The notes below the pieces were generated by a model that did not search any database, was not told the DNA's origin, and saw nothing but the letters and a program-made list of their open reading frames with translations. Positions 1 to 11,002 of a DNA stretch of 64,000 nucleotides are shown here, in pieces. The stretch covers positions 62,001-126,000 of the forward strand of contig NZ_MWQY01000003.1 in the NCBI RefSeq assembly GCF_002087085.1. Reading direction: 5' to 3'. Position numbers and translations under genes: made by a program. Numbering within the stretch: the first letter of the stretch is position 1; every line of letters begins with the position of its first letter.

Positions 1-1265
1 ATAATAAGCAGGCCTGTTCCTGCGGCAAGAATAACCAGATTACCCGTCCATATTGCAATCCAGGGCGACAAGTCGGAACGGATTCCCAGGGTTTGTCCGG
101 CAAAAAGAAGGCCCCAGTACATCATACACACAAAGAGCCCGATTCCGAAACCGATTGATCTTCCTCCCTTCCGGGTCAATACTCCGGCGGGGAAGGCGAA
201 GAGCAGAAAAATAACACAGGCCGCCGGCAGGGCAATCTTCTTGTGGTATTCCAGAAGGTGCATCTGGAGGGAGCGATCCCGAATATCCCGTTCCCTGGCG
301 GTCCGAAGCTGTTCCTGTCTGGCAGCGATCTTCGTGCCGGGCAGCTTTTTTCCTGATAGAAAGGTCTCCAGATAGAGAGCCGCAAGGTCTGTCTCAAGCT
401 GATCGACCTGCATCTGATTATGCATTGTCCTTTGGGATAATTGTTCCCTTTTTTCTTTAATAACAGCGAGAATATCCCTGATGCTTTTTTCCCGGGGAGT
501 CAGACTATGGACCGCAAGACTGATATCCTTCAGCAGGATATTGTACTCCATGATATCGGCGCTGGAATATTCATAGAATCCCCGTCGTTTCTGATCGCTC
601 ACGATGCTGACCACATCGTACAAACGGAGACTTATTACGCCCCCGCTTCCGTAATTCTTATCCAGGACTCCCCTGGAGGCATTGATTGTTCGACGGTTTT
701 TTTTCTCGTCCCGGTCAAAGATCACGATATCTTCGATACTCCCCGATTCTACCTTGCCCGTTGCTATAACCCTGTCGCGGTAGCGTTTAATCGAATAAGC
801 TTCAAGCTCCAGCGCCGGATTGCTGTAGAGAATTTCCCGGTACAGGGTGTTGAACCTCATGGTTCCGGCGGGAAGAAGTACATCGTTGGAAAAATAGGCA
901 AGGACGCCAAAGATCAGTCCCAGGGTAAAAATGGGCAGTGCGATTGTTTTCAGGGGTATCCCCGCCGACTGCATGGCAAGAATCTCGTTATCCCCCACCA
1001 GCCTGCCGACCGCCATCAGACCCCCTACCAGGGCGGAAAAGGGAAAACTGTAGGAGATAATATTAGGTACAGCGTATACTATGAGCCGCAGGACATCCCC
1101 CGGAGCGACGTTCTTTGACAGGATCTCTTCCGCCATAAGCAGAATCTGATTTATGAAGAAGATAAAAAAGAAGAACAGAAAAACAACAGCGAAGGAAAGG
1201 ATAAACTCCCCCGCCACATATCTGAATAGTATTGTTTTTCTCCGTATTACAGCTAAATCAGACAC
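1..1265 (-). CDS. LptF/LptG (YjgP/YjgQ) family LPS-export permease, runs off the window start
   Basis: Hand-translated, not in ORF track. GTG at 1263-1265 gives [43 protein letters not shown]...[17 protein letters not shown]; the same frame at the window edge reads [15 protein letters not shown]. The middle was not fully translated. Confidence 0.85.
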   Translation of the reverse strand, partial: MSDLAVIRRKTILFRYVAGEFILSFAVVFLFFFFIFFINQILLMAEEILSKNVAPGDVLRLIVYAVPNIISYSFPFSALVGGLMAVGRLVGDNEILAMQSAGIPLKTIALPIFTLGLIFGVLAYFSNDVLLPAGTMRFNTLYREILYSNPALELEAYSIKRYRDRVIATGKVESGSIEDIVIFDRDEKKNRRTINASRGVLDKNYGSGGVISLRLYDVVSIVSDQKRRGFYEYSSADIMEYNILLKDISLAVHSLTPREKSIRDILAVIKEKREQLSQRTMHNQMQVDQLETDLAALYLETFLSGKKLPGTKIAARQEQLRTARERDIRDRSLQMHLLEYHKKIALPAACVIFLLFAFPAGVLTRKGGRSIGFGIGLFVCMMYWGLLFAGQTLGIRSDLSPWIAIWTGNLVILAAGTGLLI

Positions 1266-1704
1266 CGGTCGATCCGAAACCTCCTGTTCCCCGCTCAGTA
1301 CCTGGCAGTCGGCTCTTCTCCTCAAAAACTGCCTGTATTACCGGAGCAAAGACTATCTGAGCGATCCTCTCTCCCGGCAGGATAGTCACCTCTTCGGCGG
1401 AGAGATTAACCATGATGACCTTGATTTCTCCGCGGTAATCGGCATCGATAGTACCGGGGCTGTTGAGCACCGTCAGCCCCCGTCTGAGGGCGAGGCCTGA
1501 TCGGGGACGGACCTGGGCTTCGAATCCAGGGGGAATCTCCAGAAAAAGACCAGTGGGGATCAGCGCTCGTTCCAGACTTTTAAGAACGACTGCACCATCA
1601 AGAGCCGCTTTCAGGTCTGCGCCGGAGGATACCTCTGTCGAGTATACAGGAGCCCCAGATTCAGGAAGAATCGCTGGTACCCGAATCGAGCCTGTTGAAT
1701 CCAT
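1258..1704 (-). CDS. dut: dUTP diphosphatase
   Basis: dUTPase motifs [37 protein letters not shown]; start moved to MDSTG (1704). Confidence 0.95.
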   Translation of the reverse strand: MDSTGSIRVPAILPESGAPVYSTEVSSGADLKAALDGAVVLKSLERALIPTGLFLEIPPGFEAQVRPRSGLALRRGLTVLNSPGTIDADYRGEIKVIMVNLSAEEVTILPGERIAQIVFAPVIQAVFEEKSRLPGTERGTGGFGSTGV

Positions 1705-1798
1705 TGCCAGTCTCCTTGTAAAAAAGCGGATTGCCCCGGTAAGACAGGACAATCCGCTGAATCTTTTTCTGATCCATGGGGATCATACGGGGGTCAGG

Positions 1799-3919
1799 CT
1801 ATCGCCTTTTCTGCCCCTGATTACCGCTGTTGCTTTTATCGGGATCGATGGCATCGATATAACTTAAGTTTATTCTTCCCATCCTGTCGATCTCTATCAG
1901 CTTGACCGGGATTTCCTGATCAACCTTAAGTACATCAGAGACAGAATTAACCCGTTCCCGGGAAAGCTTTGAAATGTGAACAAGCCCCTCTTTACCGGGA
2001 AGTATTTCGACAAAAGCACCGAAATCCATGATTCTCTTTACCGTGCCCTGGTAGATAGTCCCGATTTCCGGCTCCTCAACGATTCCGCGAACCATCGCTT
2101 CACCGGCCTCGGCGCTTGCCTGATCCCTGCCAAAGATGGTGACGAGACCGCTGTCGTCGATGTTGATGCTTGCACCGGAGCGCTCGCTTATGCCTTTGAT
2201 CACCTTGCCGCCGGGTCCGATAACAGCGCCGATCTTGTCCTCGTCAACCTTGAGAGTAATAATCTTCGGTGCATATTCGGACATGTTGCCCTGATGAGAA
2301 CTGATTGTTTCGTTCATTATACCGAGGATATGCATCCGGCCCTTTTTAGCCTGACTGAGAGCAGTGGCCATGATCTCCTGGGATACCCCGGAAATCTTGA
2401 TATCCATCTGAAAAGCAGTAATCCCGTCTTCAGTTCCTGCGACTTTAAAATCCATGTCGCCCAGATGGTCTTCTTCACCAAGAATATCCGAAAGAACCAC
2501 CGTTTTTTCCGGAGAGCTTATCAGGCCCATGGCAATACCAGCTACGGGTTTCTTTATCGGAACCCCGGCGCTCTGCAATGAAAGGGAGCTGCCGCATACG
2601 GTAGCCATGGATGAAGAACCGTTGGACTCAAGTATCTCAGATACTACCCGTACGGTATAGGGAAAATCCTCTTTTTTGGGAAGGACCCCTTCAATGGCAC
2701 GCTGCGCAAGATGTCCATGCCCGATTTCCCGTCGCCCGGTACCCATACGTCCCGTTTCCCCTACTGAAAAGGGAGGGAAGTTATAGTGAAGCATGAAGTT
2801 TTCATAGCTTTTGTCGCCGTCTATGTCGTCTACGATTTTTTCATCAGAAACAGTCCCCAGGGTCGTTACAGCCAGAGCCTGTGTTTCTCCCCGGGTAAAA
2901 AGGGCGCTTCCGTGGGTACGGGGCAGAACCCGTATTTCACAGCTGATAGGCCGGATATCTTCAACACTCCGCCCGTCAGTACGTTTACCGTTTTTCAGGA
3001 TGGAGGATCGAACAATGGTGTACTCCAGTTCCTCAAAGATCTTGTCTACCTTTCCGTAGTCCTCTTCTTCAAGTTTTTCCTCGAAGGCCTTGAGGGTCTC
3101 TTCCTTGACAGCTTTAATGGCTGCATAACGCTCAAATTTCCCCAGTACGAAGCAGGCTTCCTCGAGTTTCGGTGTGGCAAATGATTTAATCTCGTCTTCC
3201 AGAGCAAAGACCTCTTCAACCTCCACCAGGGGAAGTTTCTCTTTGCCGGCCTTTTCCCGGAGTTCGAGCTGTGCGGCACAAATCTTCTTGATTTCTACTT
3301 CCGCCAGCGCGATAGCCTCCAGCATTCTTTCCTCGGCAACCTCTTTGGCTCCGCCCTCCACCATGGTTATACCTTCACTGGTACCCGCAACAACGATGTC
3401 CAGTTCGCTTCGTGCAATCTGATCGAAGGTGGGATTTACGATAAGCTCACCGTCGACGGAACTGATCCGCACGGCAGCCACCGGTCCCTCGAAGGGAATA
3501 TCGGAGATAACAACCGCCGCGGATGCAGCGACCATGGCGATAATATCAGGAGGATTGATCTGGTCGGCGGAAACCACCGTGGGAACAACCTGAATGTCAC
3601 GTTTAAAGGCCTTATGAAAAAGGGGACGCATCGGCCGGTCAATCAGGCGGCAGACAAGAATCTCCTTATCCTTGGGACGTCCCTCTCTCTTGAGAAAGCC
3701 CCCGGGAATCTTACCTGCGGCATAGTACTTTTCGTTATATTCAACTTGCAGGGGAACGTAATCCAATCCTTCCACCGGCTTGTCACTGCAGCATACCGTC
3801 GCAAGAACAGCACTGCCTTCGTAGCGCGCAAAAACGGCACCATTAGCCTGTTTGGCCATTTTGCCGGTTTCGAGGATTAGTTCGCCACTCCCCATGGGAA
3901 TGGTAACTGAATGAATCAT
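1799..3919 (-). CDS. pnp: Polyribonucleotide nucleotidyltransferase (PNPase)
   Basis: Two RNase PH domains ([29 protein letters not shown]), then KH and S1 domains. Confidence 0.98.
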   Translation of the reverse strand: MIHSVTIPMGSGELILETGKMAKQANGAVFARYEGSAVLATVCCSDKPVEGLDYVPLQVEYNEKYYAAGKIPGGFLKREGRPKDKEILVCRLIDRPMRPLFHKAFKRDIQVVPTVVSADQINPPDIIAMVAASAAVVISDIPFEGPVAAVRISSVDGELIVNPTFDQIARSELDIVVAGTSEGITMVEGGAKEVAEERMLEAIALAEVEIKKICAAQLELREKAGKEKLPLVEVEEVFALEDEIKSFATPKLEEACFVLGKFERYAAIKAVKEETLKAFEEKLEEEDYGKVDKIFEELEYTIVRSSILKNGKRTDGRSVEDIRPISCEIRVLPRTHGSALFTRGETQALAVTTLGTVSDEKIVDDIDGDKSYENFMLHYNFPPFSVGETGRMGTGRREIGHGHLAQRAIEGVLPKKEDFPYTVRVVSEILESNGSSSMATVCGSSLSLQSAGVPIKKPVAGIAMGLISSPEKTVVLSDILGEEDHLGDMDFKVAGTEDGITAFQMDIKISGVSQEIMATALSQAKKGRMHILGIMNETISSHQGNMSEYAPKIITLKVDEDKIGAVIGPGGKVIKGISERSGASINIDDSGLVTIFGRDQASAEAGEAMVRGIVEEPEIGTIYQGTVKRIMDFGAFVEILPGKEGLVHISKLSRERVNSVSDVLKVDQEIPVKLIEIDRMGRINLSYIDAIDPDKSNSGNQGQKRR

Positions 3920-3934
3920 TATACTGTATCCTTA

Positions 3935-4204
3935 TTATTTTCTGAGGTTCAATCGGCCGAGCAGAGAACGATAGGTATCAAGATCCTTTCTCTGCAGATA
4001 TTTAAGCAGCTTGCGCCTCTGTCCGACCATCTTCAGCAACCCCCGGCGTGAAGCATGGTCCTTCTTATTCGTCTTAAAGTGTTCGGTAAGGTCTTCTATT
4101 CTTTTAGTAAGCAGCGCGATCTGCACCTCGGTGGCTCCGCTGTCTTTATCGTTTTTTCCAAACTCTTTAATGACATCCTGTTTCGCTTCCTTAGCTAACA
4201 TCAT
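3935..4204 (-). CDS. rpsO: 30S ribosomal protein S15
   Basis: [34 protein letters not shown]. Confidence 0.98.
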   Translation of the reverse strand: MMLAKEAKQDVIKEFGKNDKDSGATEVQIALLTKRIEDLTEHFKTNKKDHASRRGLLKMVGQRRKLLKYLQRKDLDTYRSLLGRLNLRK

Positions 4205-4337
4205 TTTCTCCTTTAACTCTCTTAAGTCCTTTGCTTTCTCATTTATGAGCGAAACCTGCTCTTAATTTTCATCCGTGTTTACGGTATTTTCCTAATTCAC
4301 TAAGCTAAAAGAATTAGCAGTAAATTTTCTCCCTTAG

Positions 4338-4365
4338 AGTGTACTGAAAATCCTTAAAAAGTCAA
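4338..4365 (-). promoter_or_regulatory. Putative sigma70 promoter of rpsO-pnp
   Basis: TTGACT (4365-4360), 16 nt, TACACT (4343-4338). Confidence 0.6.
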
Positions 4366-5249
4366 TCTCTCAAAGCACCGTTGACCATTCCATACACCCA
4401 GCGCCCTTCCTTCTTTTTGAGGAGTCCCAGGAATCGTCCATCACTGTCAAAACAGACCAGGGGTGTTGCGGCTTCAATTTCCGCAAGAAAACCGGCATCC
4501 TTCAGGGACCTTCCAAGAAGAAAACTCTCCACTTCGGCATCAGGGATACGTATCCCCGTTATTCCAAGGAGAGCTTCCATTGAATTCCGGTCGTCCAGTA
4601 CCGGTGTATCCTCATCTATCTCATCCACCCCGATGGCATCTTCAATCCGGGCCCTTCCAACCTGCAGACGCCTCAGACTTTTTACATACGCCACGGTTCC
4701 CAGGGAATATGCGATATCCCGTGCCAGAGAGCGGATGTAGGTTCCTTTGGAACAGGCCACCCGCACCGAAAGGAAAGGTGCTGTATAGCCTGTAATCTCC
4801 AGGGAGTCAATAAAAATGCGTCGGAAAGGCATATCCGGCACCTCTCCCTTCAAAGCACGCTTATATGCCCGGGTACCATCTATATGCACAGCCGAGTACA
4901 GAGGCGGCTTCTGCAGTATTTCGCCCCTGAATCCGACAAGTGCTGATTCCAGATCCTCCAGAACAGGGATTCCTCCCTCGGCACACACCGCCCCCTCGGG
5001 ATCGAGGGTTTCCGTTTCCCGGCCGAACTCGAAAACAGCCTCGTAAACCTTGTCCTGCTCGGTCAGATATGATGACAGCCGGGTAAAAGAGCCTGCAAGA
5101 CAGACCAGAAGCCCGGAGGCAAATTTGTCGAGGGTACCGGTATGACCCGCTTTTCCGGCTTTAAGTCTGCGACCGGCAAAGCGGACAGTATCGCTTGAAG
5201 TAAACCCTTCGTTTTTGTCTATCAGGATAATGCCGTTTTTCCCGCTCAT
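4362..5249 (-). CDS. truB: tRNA pseudouridine(55) synthase
   Basis: GHTGTLDKFASG, PPLYSAVHIDG, CSKGTYIRSLARD. Confidence 0.97.
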   Translation of the reverse strand: MSGKNGIILIDKNEGFTSSDTVRFAGRRLKAGKAGHTGTLDKFASGLLVCLAGSFTRLSSYLTEQDKVYEAVFEFGRETETLDPEGAVCAEGGIPVLEDLESALVGFRGEILQKPPLYSAVHIDGTRAYKRALKGEVPDMPFRRIFIDSLEITGYTAPFLSVRVACSKGTYIRSLARDIAYSLGTVAYVKSLRRLQVGRARIEDAIGVDEIDEDTPVLDDRNSMEALLGITGIRIPDAEVESFLLGRSLKDAGFLAEIEAATPLVCFDSDGRFLGLLKKKEGRWVYGMVNGALRD

Positions 5250-5596
5250 TTATCCTCGAGTTCATCCAGCTTATGGACCATCCTGACCCCCCGTTCAATG
5301 GAGCCATCCTGGTAAAACGTCAGTTTCGGAGTATTCCGCAACCTCAGCTTCTTGCCCAAACGTGCCTGGATAAACCCGGCAGCATGATTAAGTGCCTTAA
5401 CCGCGTTCTCTACGGATTGAGGATTTTCAAAACTTGATACGTAGACCTTTGCATAACCGGTATCCTTGGACACTACAACCTCGGTCACGGATATAAAGCT
5501 GGATACCCTGTGGTCCTTTACAATTCCAGTAAGGATCATCTCGCTTATCGCATGCTGGATAAGCGAGGCAACCCGTTTCAGTCGATATTCTGACAT
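5246..5596 (-). CDS. rbfA: Ribosome-binding factor A
   Basis: AAGFIQARLGKKLRLRNTPKLTF; lies between infB and truB. Confidence 0.96.
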   Translation of the reverse strand: MSEYRLKRVASLIQHAISEMILTGIVKDHRVSSFISVTEVVVSKDTGYAKVYVSSFENPQSVENAVKALNHAAGFIQARLGKKLRLRNTPKLTFYQDGSIERGVRMVHKLDELEDK

Positions 5597-8136
5597 TACT
5601 TCTCGTTTGTGCTCAGCTTCTTGGCGATCTCTTTGACCTCGATGACCTCAAACTGGTCGCCCACCTGAACGTCAAGGTAGTTTTCGATTCCAATACCGCA
5701 TTCATATCCGGCAGCTACCTCTTTGGCATCATCCTTGAAGCGCCTGAGAGAGGTAATCTTTCCGGTGTGTATTTCTATACCGTCCCGGACCACATGCACG
5801 GTAGCACCCCGTATTACCTTTCCGCTGGTGACGTAACAACCGGCGATAAGTCCGATCTTCGGTACCTTGAAGGTTTCCCGGACTTCCACGGTACCGATGG
5901 TCTCTTCCCTGAGCTCGGGGGCCAGCATACCTTCCATTGCATCCCGTATATCATCTACGGCATCGTAGATAATGGTGTACTTCCGGATCTCCACCTTCTC
6001 CTGTTCGGCCAGGGCCTGAGCCTTCGGTGTAGGCCGCACATGGAAAGCGATTATGATCGCGTCTGAGGCGGCGGCAAGACTTACATTGGATTCGGTAACC
6101 GCACCTGCGGATGCATCGATTACATTGAGTCGTATTTCCGGCGTACTCAGGCGCTCAAGAGCCATCTGCAGGGCTTCCACGGAACCGTGTACGTCGCCCT
6201 TGATAATTACCTTGAGTTCCTGAACCTCACCCTGCTGTATGGAGTCATACAGGTTGTCCAGGGTTACCTTCTTGACATTCTTGGCTTCACCGGCTTTTTC
6301 AAGTTCCTGGCGCTTGGCACCGACCTGCCGGGCGATCTTCTCGGATTCGGTAACCTGGAAGGGATCGCCTGCGCTGGGTGTTCCGGTAAAACCAAGGACC
6401 TCCACCGGTGTTGCCGGCGTGGCCTTGTCCAGTTTATTCCCCTTGTCGTCGAACATGGCCCGGACCTTTCCGGGAAAAACTCCGGCTACAAAAGCATCGC
6501 CTACAGAAAGAGTACCGCGTTCGACGATAACTGTACCGACAATACCGCGTCCATGATCAACCTTGGACTCTATGATCCGACCTTCCGCACGGCAGTCATA
6601 ATTTGCCTTAAGCTCCATCAGCTCGGCCTGAAGGTTTATCGTCTCCAGCAGCTCCGGTATCCCGTCTCGCGTCATGGCGGATACCTCGCAGAAGAGGGTT
6701 GTTCCGCCCCAGGACTCCGGCATCAAACCGTGCTCTGAAAGCTGCTGTTTAACCCGGTCGGGATTGGCCTCGGGGAGATCTATCTTGTTTATGGCAACAA
6801 TGATTGGCACCTCAGCCGCTTTTGCATGATTGATGGCTTCCACCGTCTGCGGCATTACGCCGTCATTGGCAGCAACGACCAGAACAACAATATCGGTAAC
6901 CTGTGCACCCCTGGCCCTCATCTGAGTAAAGGCTTCATGACCCGGGGTATCGAGGAATACAACCTCTCCGGCCCCGTCTGCAAGGGTAACCTTGTAGGCA
7001 CCTATATGCTGTGTTATACCGCCGAACTCTCCGCCGACAACGTCGGTGGTCCGTATGCTGTCCAGAAGTTTGGTCTTACCGTGATCGACATGCCCCATAA
7101 TGGTGACGATGGGCGGACGGGCTTTCAGATCATCCTCTCCACTCTTATCACTCTCGATGAGGGTCTCGTCGTAGAGACTCACGATTTTTACCCTGGCCCC
7201 GTATTCTTCTGCCAGAAGCTGGGCTGTTTCGGAATCGATCTGCTGGTTTATGGTAACCATCATTCCCATTCCCATGAGCTTGGAGATTAATTCACCTGCC
7301 TTGAGGTTCATCTTCCTGGCCAGTTCGGAAACGGTAATGACTTCCATAATATCTATCTCTTTGGGTACCGGATTAACCTTCTTGATGGGACGTTTCTTTA
7401 TATGAAAATCCCTCTCCTCGACCTCTTCCTTCCGGCTCTTCTGGTAGGCCGCCTTCTTCTTGGCCTTGAAGAATTTCTTCCCGCTTTTTCCTTTTCCTTC
7501 TTCCTGAGTCGGAGCAGGCGGTGCTCCGCCTCCGGCAGGCGGTCCGGGGCGTCTGAAACCGCCGCCCGGGCGTGACGGTCCACCGGGCCTTCCCTGTCCG
7601 GGACCGGAAGGGCCTCTTCTGGGAGGACGATCGTTGCTCCGTTCCCGTCGATCCTGGGTCTGCGGACGGGATTCCCTCTGGAATCGGGTTTCCCCCGAGC
7701 GCATACGGGTGTACCCGCCGGTACGTCCCTTCTGGGTGGGCCGGATCTCTTCGGTTTTGGAAGCGGCAGTCTCTTTTCTTACCGGTTTGTCAGTTTTTTC
7801 CTGCCCGGTCTCCCTGGGAGGAGCCTTTGTTTCTGCCTTTTCCTCGGTTTTTTGCGGAGGAGCCGCTGCGGCTTCTTCAGGTTTTTTCTGCAGAGACGGC
7901 TCAGGGGCGGCACTCTTCAGCGTCTCGTCCTGAACTGCCTGCTTCTCTTCCTGACCTGACTCCACGGCAGACGCATCTTCTTTTTTTGCGACCACACGAG
8001 GAACGGGCTTCTTCTTTTTCTTTACGACTACAACCCGCTTTTTTTCATGTTTCTCGTCGGATGAAATTTCCTCTGGTTTCTTGTGCTTTATAAGGGTTGC
8101 CTTCGGTTTCTTCTTGTTTTCCTGTTCTTCAGCCAT
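5596..8136 (-). CDS. infB: Translation initiation factor IF-2
   Basis: GHVDHGKT, GGITQHIG, DTPGHEAF, NKID, SLRRFKDD. Confidence 0.98.
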   Translation of the reverse strand: MAEEQENKKKPKATLIKHKKPEEISSDEKHEKKRVVVVKKKKKPVPRVVAKKEDASAVESGQEEKQAVQDETLKSAAPEPSLQKKPEEAAAAPPQKTEEKAETKAPPRETGQEKTDKPVRKETAASKTEEIRPTQKGRTGGYTRMRSGETRFQRESRPQTQDRRERSNDRPPRRGPSGPGQGRPGGPSRPGGGFRRPGPPAGGGAPPAPTQEEGKGKSGKKFFKAKKKAAYQKSRKEEVEERDFHIKKRPIKKVNPVPKEIDIMEVITVSELARKMNLKAGELISKLMGMGMMVTINQQIDSETAQLLAEEYGARVKIVSLYDETLIESDKSGEDDLKARPPIVTIMGHVDHGKTKLLDSIRTTDVVGGEFGGITQHIGAYKVTLADGAGEVVFLDTPGHEAFTQMRARGAQVTDIVVLVVAANDGVMPQTVEAINHAKAAEVPIIVAINKIDLPEANPDRVKQQLSEHGLMPESWGGTTLFCEVSAMTRDGIPELLETINLQAELMELKANYDCRAEGRIIESKVDHGRGIVGTVIVERGTLSVGDAFVAGVFPGKVRAMFDDKGNKLDKATPATPVEVLGFTGTPSAGDPFQVTESEKIARQVGAKRQELEKAGEAKNVKKVTLDNLYDSIQQGEVQELKVIIKGDVHGSVEALQMALERLSTPEIRLNVIDASAGAVTESNVSLAAASDAIIIAFHVRPTPKAQALAEQEKVEIRKYTIIYDAVDDIRDAMEGMLAPELREETIGTVEVRETFKVPKIGLIAGCYVTSGKVIRGATVHVVRDGIEIHTGKITSLRRFKDDAKEVAAGYECGIGIENYLDVQVGDQFEVIEVKEIAKKLSTNEK

Positions 8137-8177
8137 AGTTCCTCGGTTGATCTTATGGATTCCGTATCAAGAATCCA

Positions 8178-9632
8178 TTACTCTTCTTCCTCTGATATTT
8201 CAAAGCTCAAACCAACACCGCAATTAGGACACGTTGTCATGTCGACGCTTATCGGATGTCCGCACTCAGGACACTCATAGGACTCATCCTCTTCAGATTC
8301 GAAGAAGTCTTCTGTATCGTCATTTTCTTCTTCTTCCTCGATAATGTCAACATTGTCATTAATAATAGCAGTAATGGTTTCCACATCTTTCGAGTCAAGC
8401 CCCTCAATTTCAGCCATTTCTTCGGGACTGAGATTGATAAGGTCCTCAATCAACTCGATCTTATTATCCTTCAGGGTTTCCACTATGTGTTCCGGAATAT
8501 CCGGAAGTTCAGCAATGCTGGTTATCTCTTCCTCTTCTTCCACGTCACTGAAAAGGGCTTCCATTGCCTTCTTGCTCTCCGCGGCAATATCCATCTCTTC
8601 GAACTGGGCTATTGTCTTGACATCGATATTCCAGTCAACAAGACGGTTTGCAAGCCGCACATTCAGGCCCTGCTTGCCGATCGCCAGAGAAAGCTGGTTC
8701 TCTTCAACAACCGCAAGGGCCTGTCTTTTTGCCTCGTCCAGAACAACAACGGTGTCGACTTCAGCGGGAGAAAGGGCGTTCTTGATGAAATCCCGGGGAT
8801 TATTGTCATACTTCAGGATGTCGATTTTTTCCCCTTCGAGTTCTCTGACGATTGCCTGGATACGAACGCCCTTCATCCCAACGCAGGCCCCCACGGGATC
8901 GACATCTTCACGGTTTGAATAGACCGCGAGCTTTGTCCGATAGCCGGGTTCCCGGACGATCTTGAAGATCTCCACGGTTTTATCATAAACCTCGGGCACC
9001 TCCAGCTCAAAAATTCGCCGGACAAAATCGGTATGGGTTCTGGACAGCACGATCTGCAGGCCGGAGGTTGTTTTATTCACCTCGTAAATCAGGGCTTTGA
9101 TTCTGTCGTTGGGGCGGTAAATCTCCCGGGGAGACTGATATCGTTTGGGAAGAATACCCTCAACCCGTCCAAGATCCACAAAGATATTCCCGTTCCGTTC
9201 CCTCTGATAGTAGCCGATGATCATTTCGCCTACCTTCTCCTGGAATTCGGAATAGAGGGTATCCTTCTGGATATCCCTGAGGGTCTGCTTGGCCTTCTGT
9301 TTGGCACTCTGCACTGCAACACGATCAAATTCCTGAGGATTTATCTCGATCAGCAGCTCGTCTCCGAGCTCACACTCTTCGTTAAGTTCCAGAGCCTCTT
9401 CCAGGGCAATCTCGGTCACCTCGTCATAGACGTCTTCAACAATCTGTTTACGGGCGAATAAGGCCACCTCATCGCCTTCTTCATCAAAACGCACAACCGC
9501 ATTGTCGCACTGTCCGAATTTCTTCTTGTAGGCCGCCAGCAGGAAGTCTTCTATTGTCTTTTTAACCAGGTCTTCCGATATTCCCCGATCCTGTACTATC
9601 GATCGTATCGCGTCTGCTAATCCAGAGGCCAT
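8178..9632 (-). CDS. nusA: Transcription termination/antitermination factor NusA with C-terminal zinc ribbon
   Basis: VREPGYRTK, DPVGACVGMKGVRI, AIGKQGLNVRLA; C-terminal CPECG...CPNCG. Confidence 0.97.
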   Translation of the reverse strand: MASGLADAIRSIVQDRGISEDLVKKTIEDFLLAAYKKKFGQCDNAVVRFDEEGDEVALFARKQIVEDVYDEVTEIALEEALELNEECELGDELLIEINPQEFDRVAVQSAKQKAKQTLRDIQKDTLYSEFQEKVGEMIIGYYQRERNGNIFVDLGRVEGILPKRYQSPREIYRPNDRIKALIYEVNKTTSGLQIVLSRTHTDFVRRIFELEVPEVYDKTVEIFKIVREPGYRTKLAVYSNREDVDPVGACVGMKGVRIQAIVRELEGEKIDILKYDNNPRDFIKNALSPAEVDTVVVLDEAKRQALAVVEENQLSLAIGKQGLNVRLANRLVDWNIDVKTIAQFEEMDIAAESKKAMEALFSDVEEEEEITSIAELPDIPEHIVETLKDNKIELIEDLINLSPEEMAEIEGLDSKDVETITAIINDNVDIIEEEEENDDTEDFFESEEDESYECPECGHPISVDMTTCPNCGVGLSFEISEEEE

Positions 9633-9644
9633 GTATGATACCCC

Positions 9645-10115
9645 CTACCCTTCAGATATTTTCGCTTTAACAATTTCTGCTCTCCCGTATCGTCTCTCTC
9701 CGTCACCGACAGTGAGAACTATTTCATCATCGTCCGCATGGATCAGATCACCCTGCACCCATTCGCTTGAATCTTCCGTCAGCACGCGTATTCTTCGGCC
9801 GGTAAAAATGGCGAATTCACGAAAGAATTTTATATTCCTGCTGATACCCGGAGAAGATATCTCCAGGCTTATATCCCGTGAATCAAGAGCCACCTCAAGA
9901 CGGGGCATAACGGTCCTGTATACCTTGGTACAGTCATCCAGAGAAACACCTTCCGAGCTGTAGATGTAAATAACAACCTGAACGGAACCTTTCACAGGGC
10001 GGCACTGGGCCTCCACAACCGAAAAACCCATCCCCTGGATTATATCCACCGTCGATTCAAGTTCAGGACTTATTCCTGTTCCTTCCTTCATACAATCAGG
10101 CGAAGAATCCGCCAT
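9645..10115 (-). CDS. rimP: Ribosome maturation factor RimP
   Basis: GVSLDDC, LEISSPG; upstream of nusA. Confidence 0.92.
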   Translation of the reverse strand: MADSSPDCMKEGTGISPELESTVDIIQGMGFSVVEAQCRPVKGSVQVVIYIYSSEGVSLDDCTKVYRTVMPRLEVALDSRDISLEISSPGISRNIKFFREFAIFTGRRIRVLTEDSSEWVQGDLIHADDDEIVLTVGDGERRYGRAEIVKAKISEG

Positions 10116-10190
10116 TTCCTTTTATATAGAGTAGGGGTCTGCCGGCATACACCCTGGCAGAACAAGGTGCAGCTGCAAGGTCCCCTGTAT

Positions 10191-10218
10191 AAAAAAAAGA
10201 GTCGCCGGGGACTCTTTT
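10191..10218 (-). terminator. Intrinsic terminator/attenuator in the rimP leader
   Basis: Minus strand AAAAGAGTC-cccggc-GACTCTTTTTTTT. Confidence 0.75.
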
Positions 10219-10250
10219 CTGTTCCGCTGCAATTCAACTGTCGTAAATAA

Positions 10251-10279
10251 ATAGTATCAAGCTTGGAAAGACTAGTCAA
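10251..10279 (-). promoter_or_regulatory. Putative sigma70 promoter of rimP-nusA-infB
   Basis: TTGACT (10279-10274), 17 nt, TACTAT (10256-10251). Confidence 0.65.
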
Positions 10280-10970
10280 TAGCAAAGACGATCCAGACCA
10301 TCACGCGGGAACCTCCCCCCTCGATGGCTGCAGAAGCTGCACGAATGCTGGCGCCGGTGGTCCGGATATCATCAAGAAGGACAATACTTTGACAAGTCTT
10401 TTTTCCTGTATAGTGGAATACGCTTCGGCTGTTCGCCTCCCTCGCCTTCCTGTTGAGTTTTTTCTGTTCCTTTCCTGCGCTTCGTACAAGTAGTTGCGGA
10501 CAAACCGCAAGCCCCTGGTCCCTGAGCCTGGCAGTCACCTGCTCCATATGCCCCCATCCGTTTCGCCGGCGGGATTTCCGTCCGGAAGGCACAGGGACAA
10601 TCAAAGCCTGCTTCTCTTCTGCTGTCAGATCCCTAAGAATTTCTTCCGCCAGGATCCCCGAAAGGGACTTTATTCCATCGAATTTGTAGCGCTGGAGAAG
10701 GACCCGTGCAGCTCCGCGGTAATAAAAGATTCCCCGTCCGGGGGGACCGGGATTTTCCTGCTCCCTGCAGTTCATACACACGCGATTCTCACTTGTCAGG
10801 GTAAGACCGCACTGAAGACATCGCCGCCCCCGTATTCTTCCAGACCGGAGTTCAGTATGACAGGAAGCACAGAGCAGGTTCTCGCAGTTCAAGGGCAATT
10901 GCCGTCCGCATATTGCACATATCCGGGGAAACAGAAAATCCAGCATCGGAGGGATTACGCTGCGTTTCAC
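10272..10970 (-). CDS. comF: ComF family protein (double zinc ribbon plus PRTase)
   Basis: Four CxxC pairs; PRPP-binding motif LLDDIRTTGAS. Confidence 0.9.
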   Translation of the reverse strand: MKRSVIPPMLDFLFPRICAICGRQLPLNCENLLCASCHTELRSGRIRGRRCLQCGLTLTSENRVCMNCREQENPGPPGRGIFYYRGAARVLLQRYKFDGIKSLSGILAEEILRDLTAEEKQALIVPVPSGRKSRRRNGWGHMEQVTARLRDQGLAVCPQLLVRSAGKEQKKLNRKAREANSRSVFHYTGKKTCQSIVLLDDIRTTGASIRAASAAIEGGGSRVMVWIVFAID

Positions 10971-11002
10971 ATGAGTATAAACCGGAGCACCAGTCCGACG
11001 CT

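Noticed and set aside
4205..4361. No ribF between truB and rpsO
   Set aside because: Direct truB-rpsO adjacency also occurs in other spirochaetes such as Borrelia; no remnant seen, so this is not evidence of a deletion.
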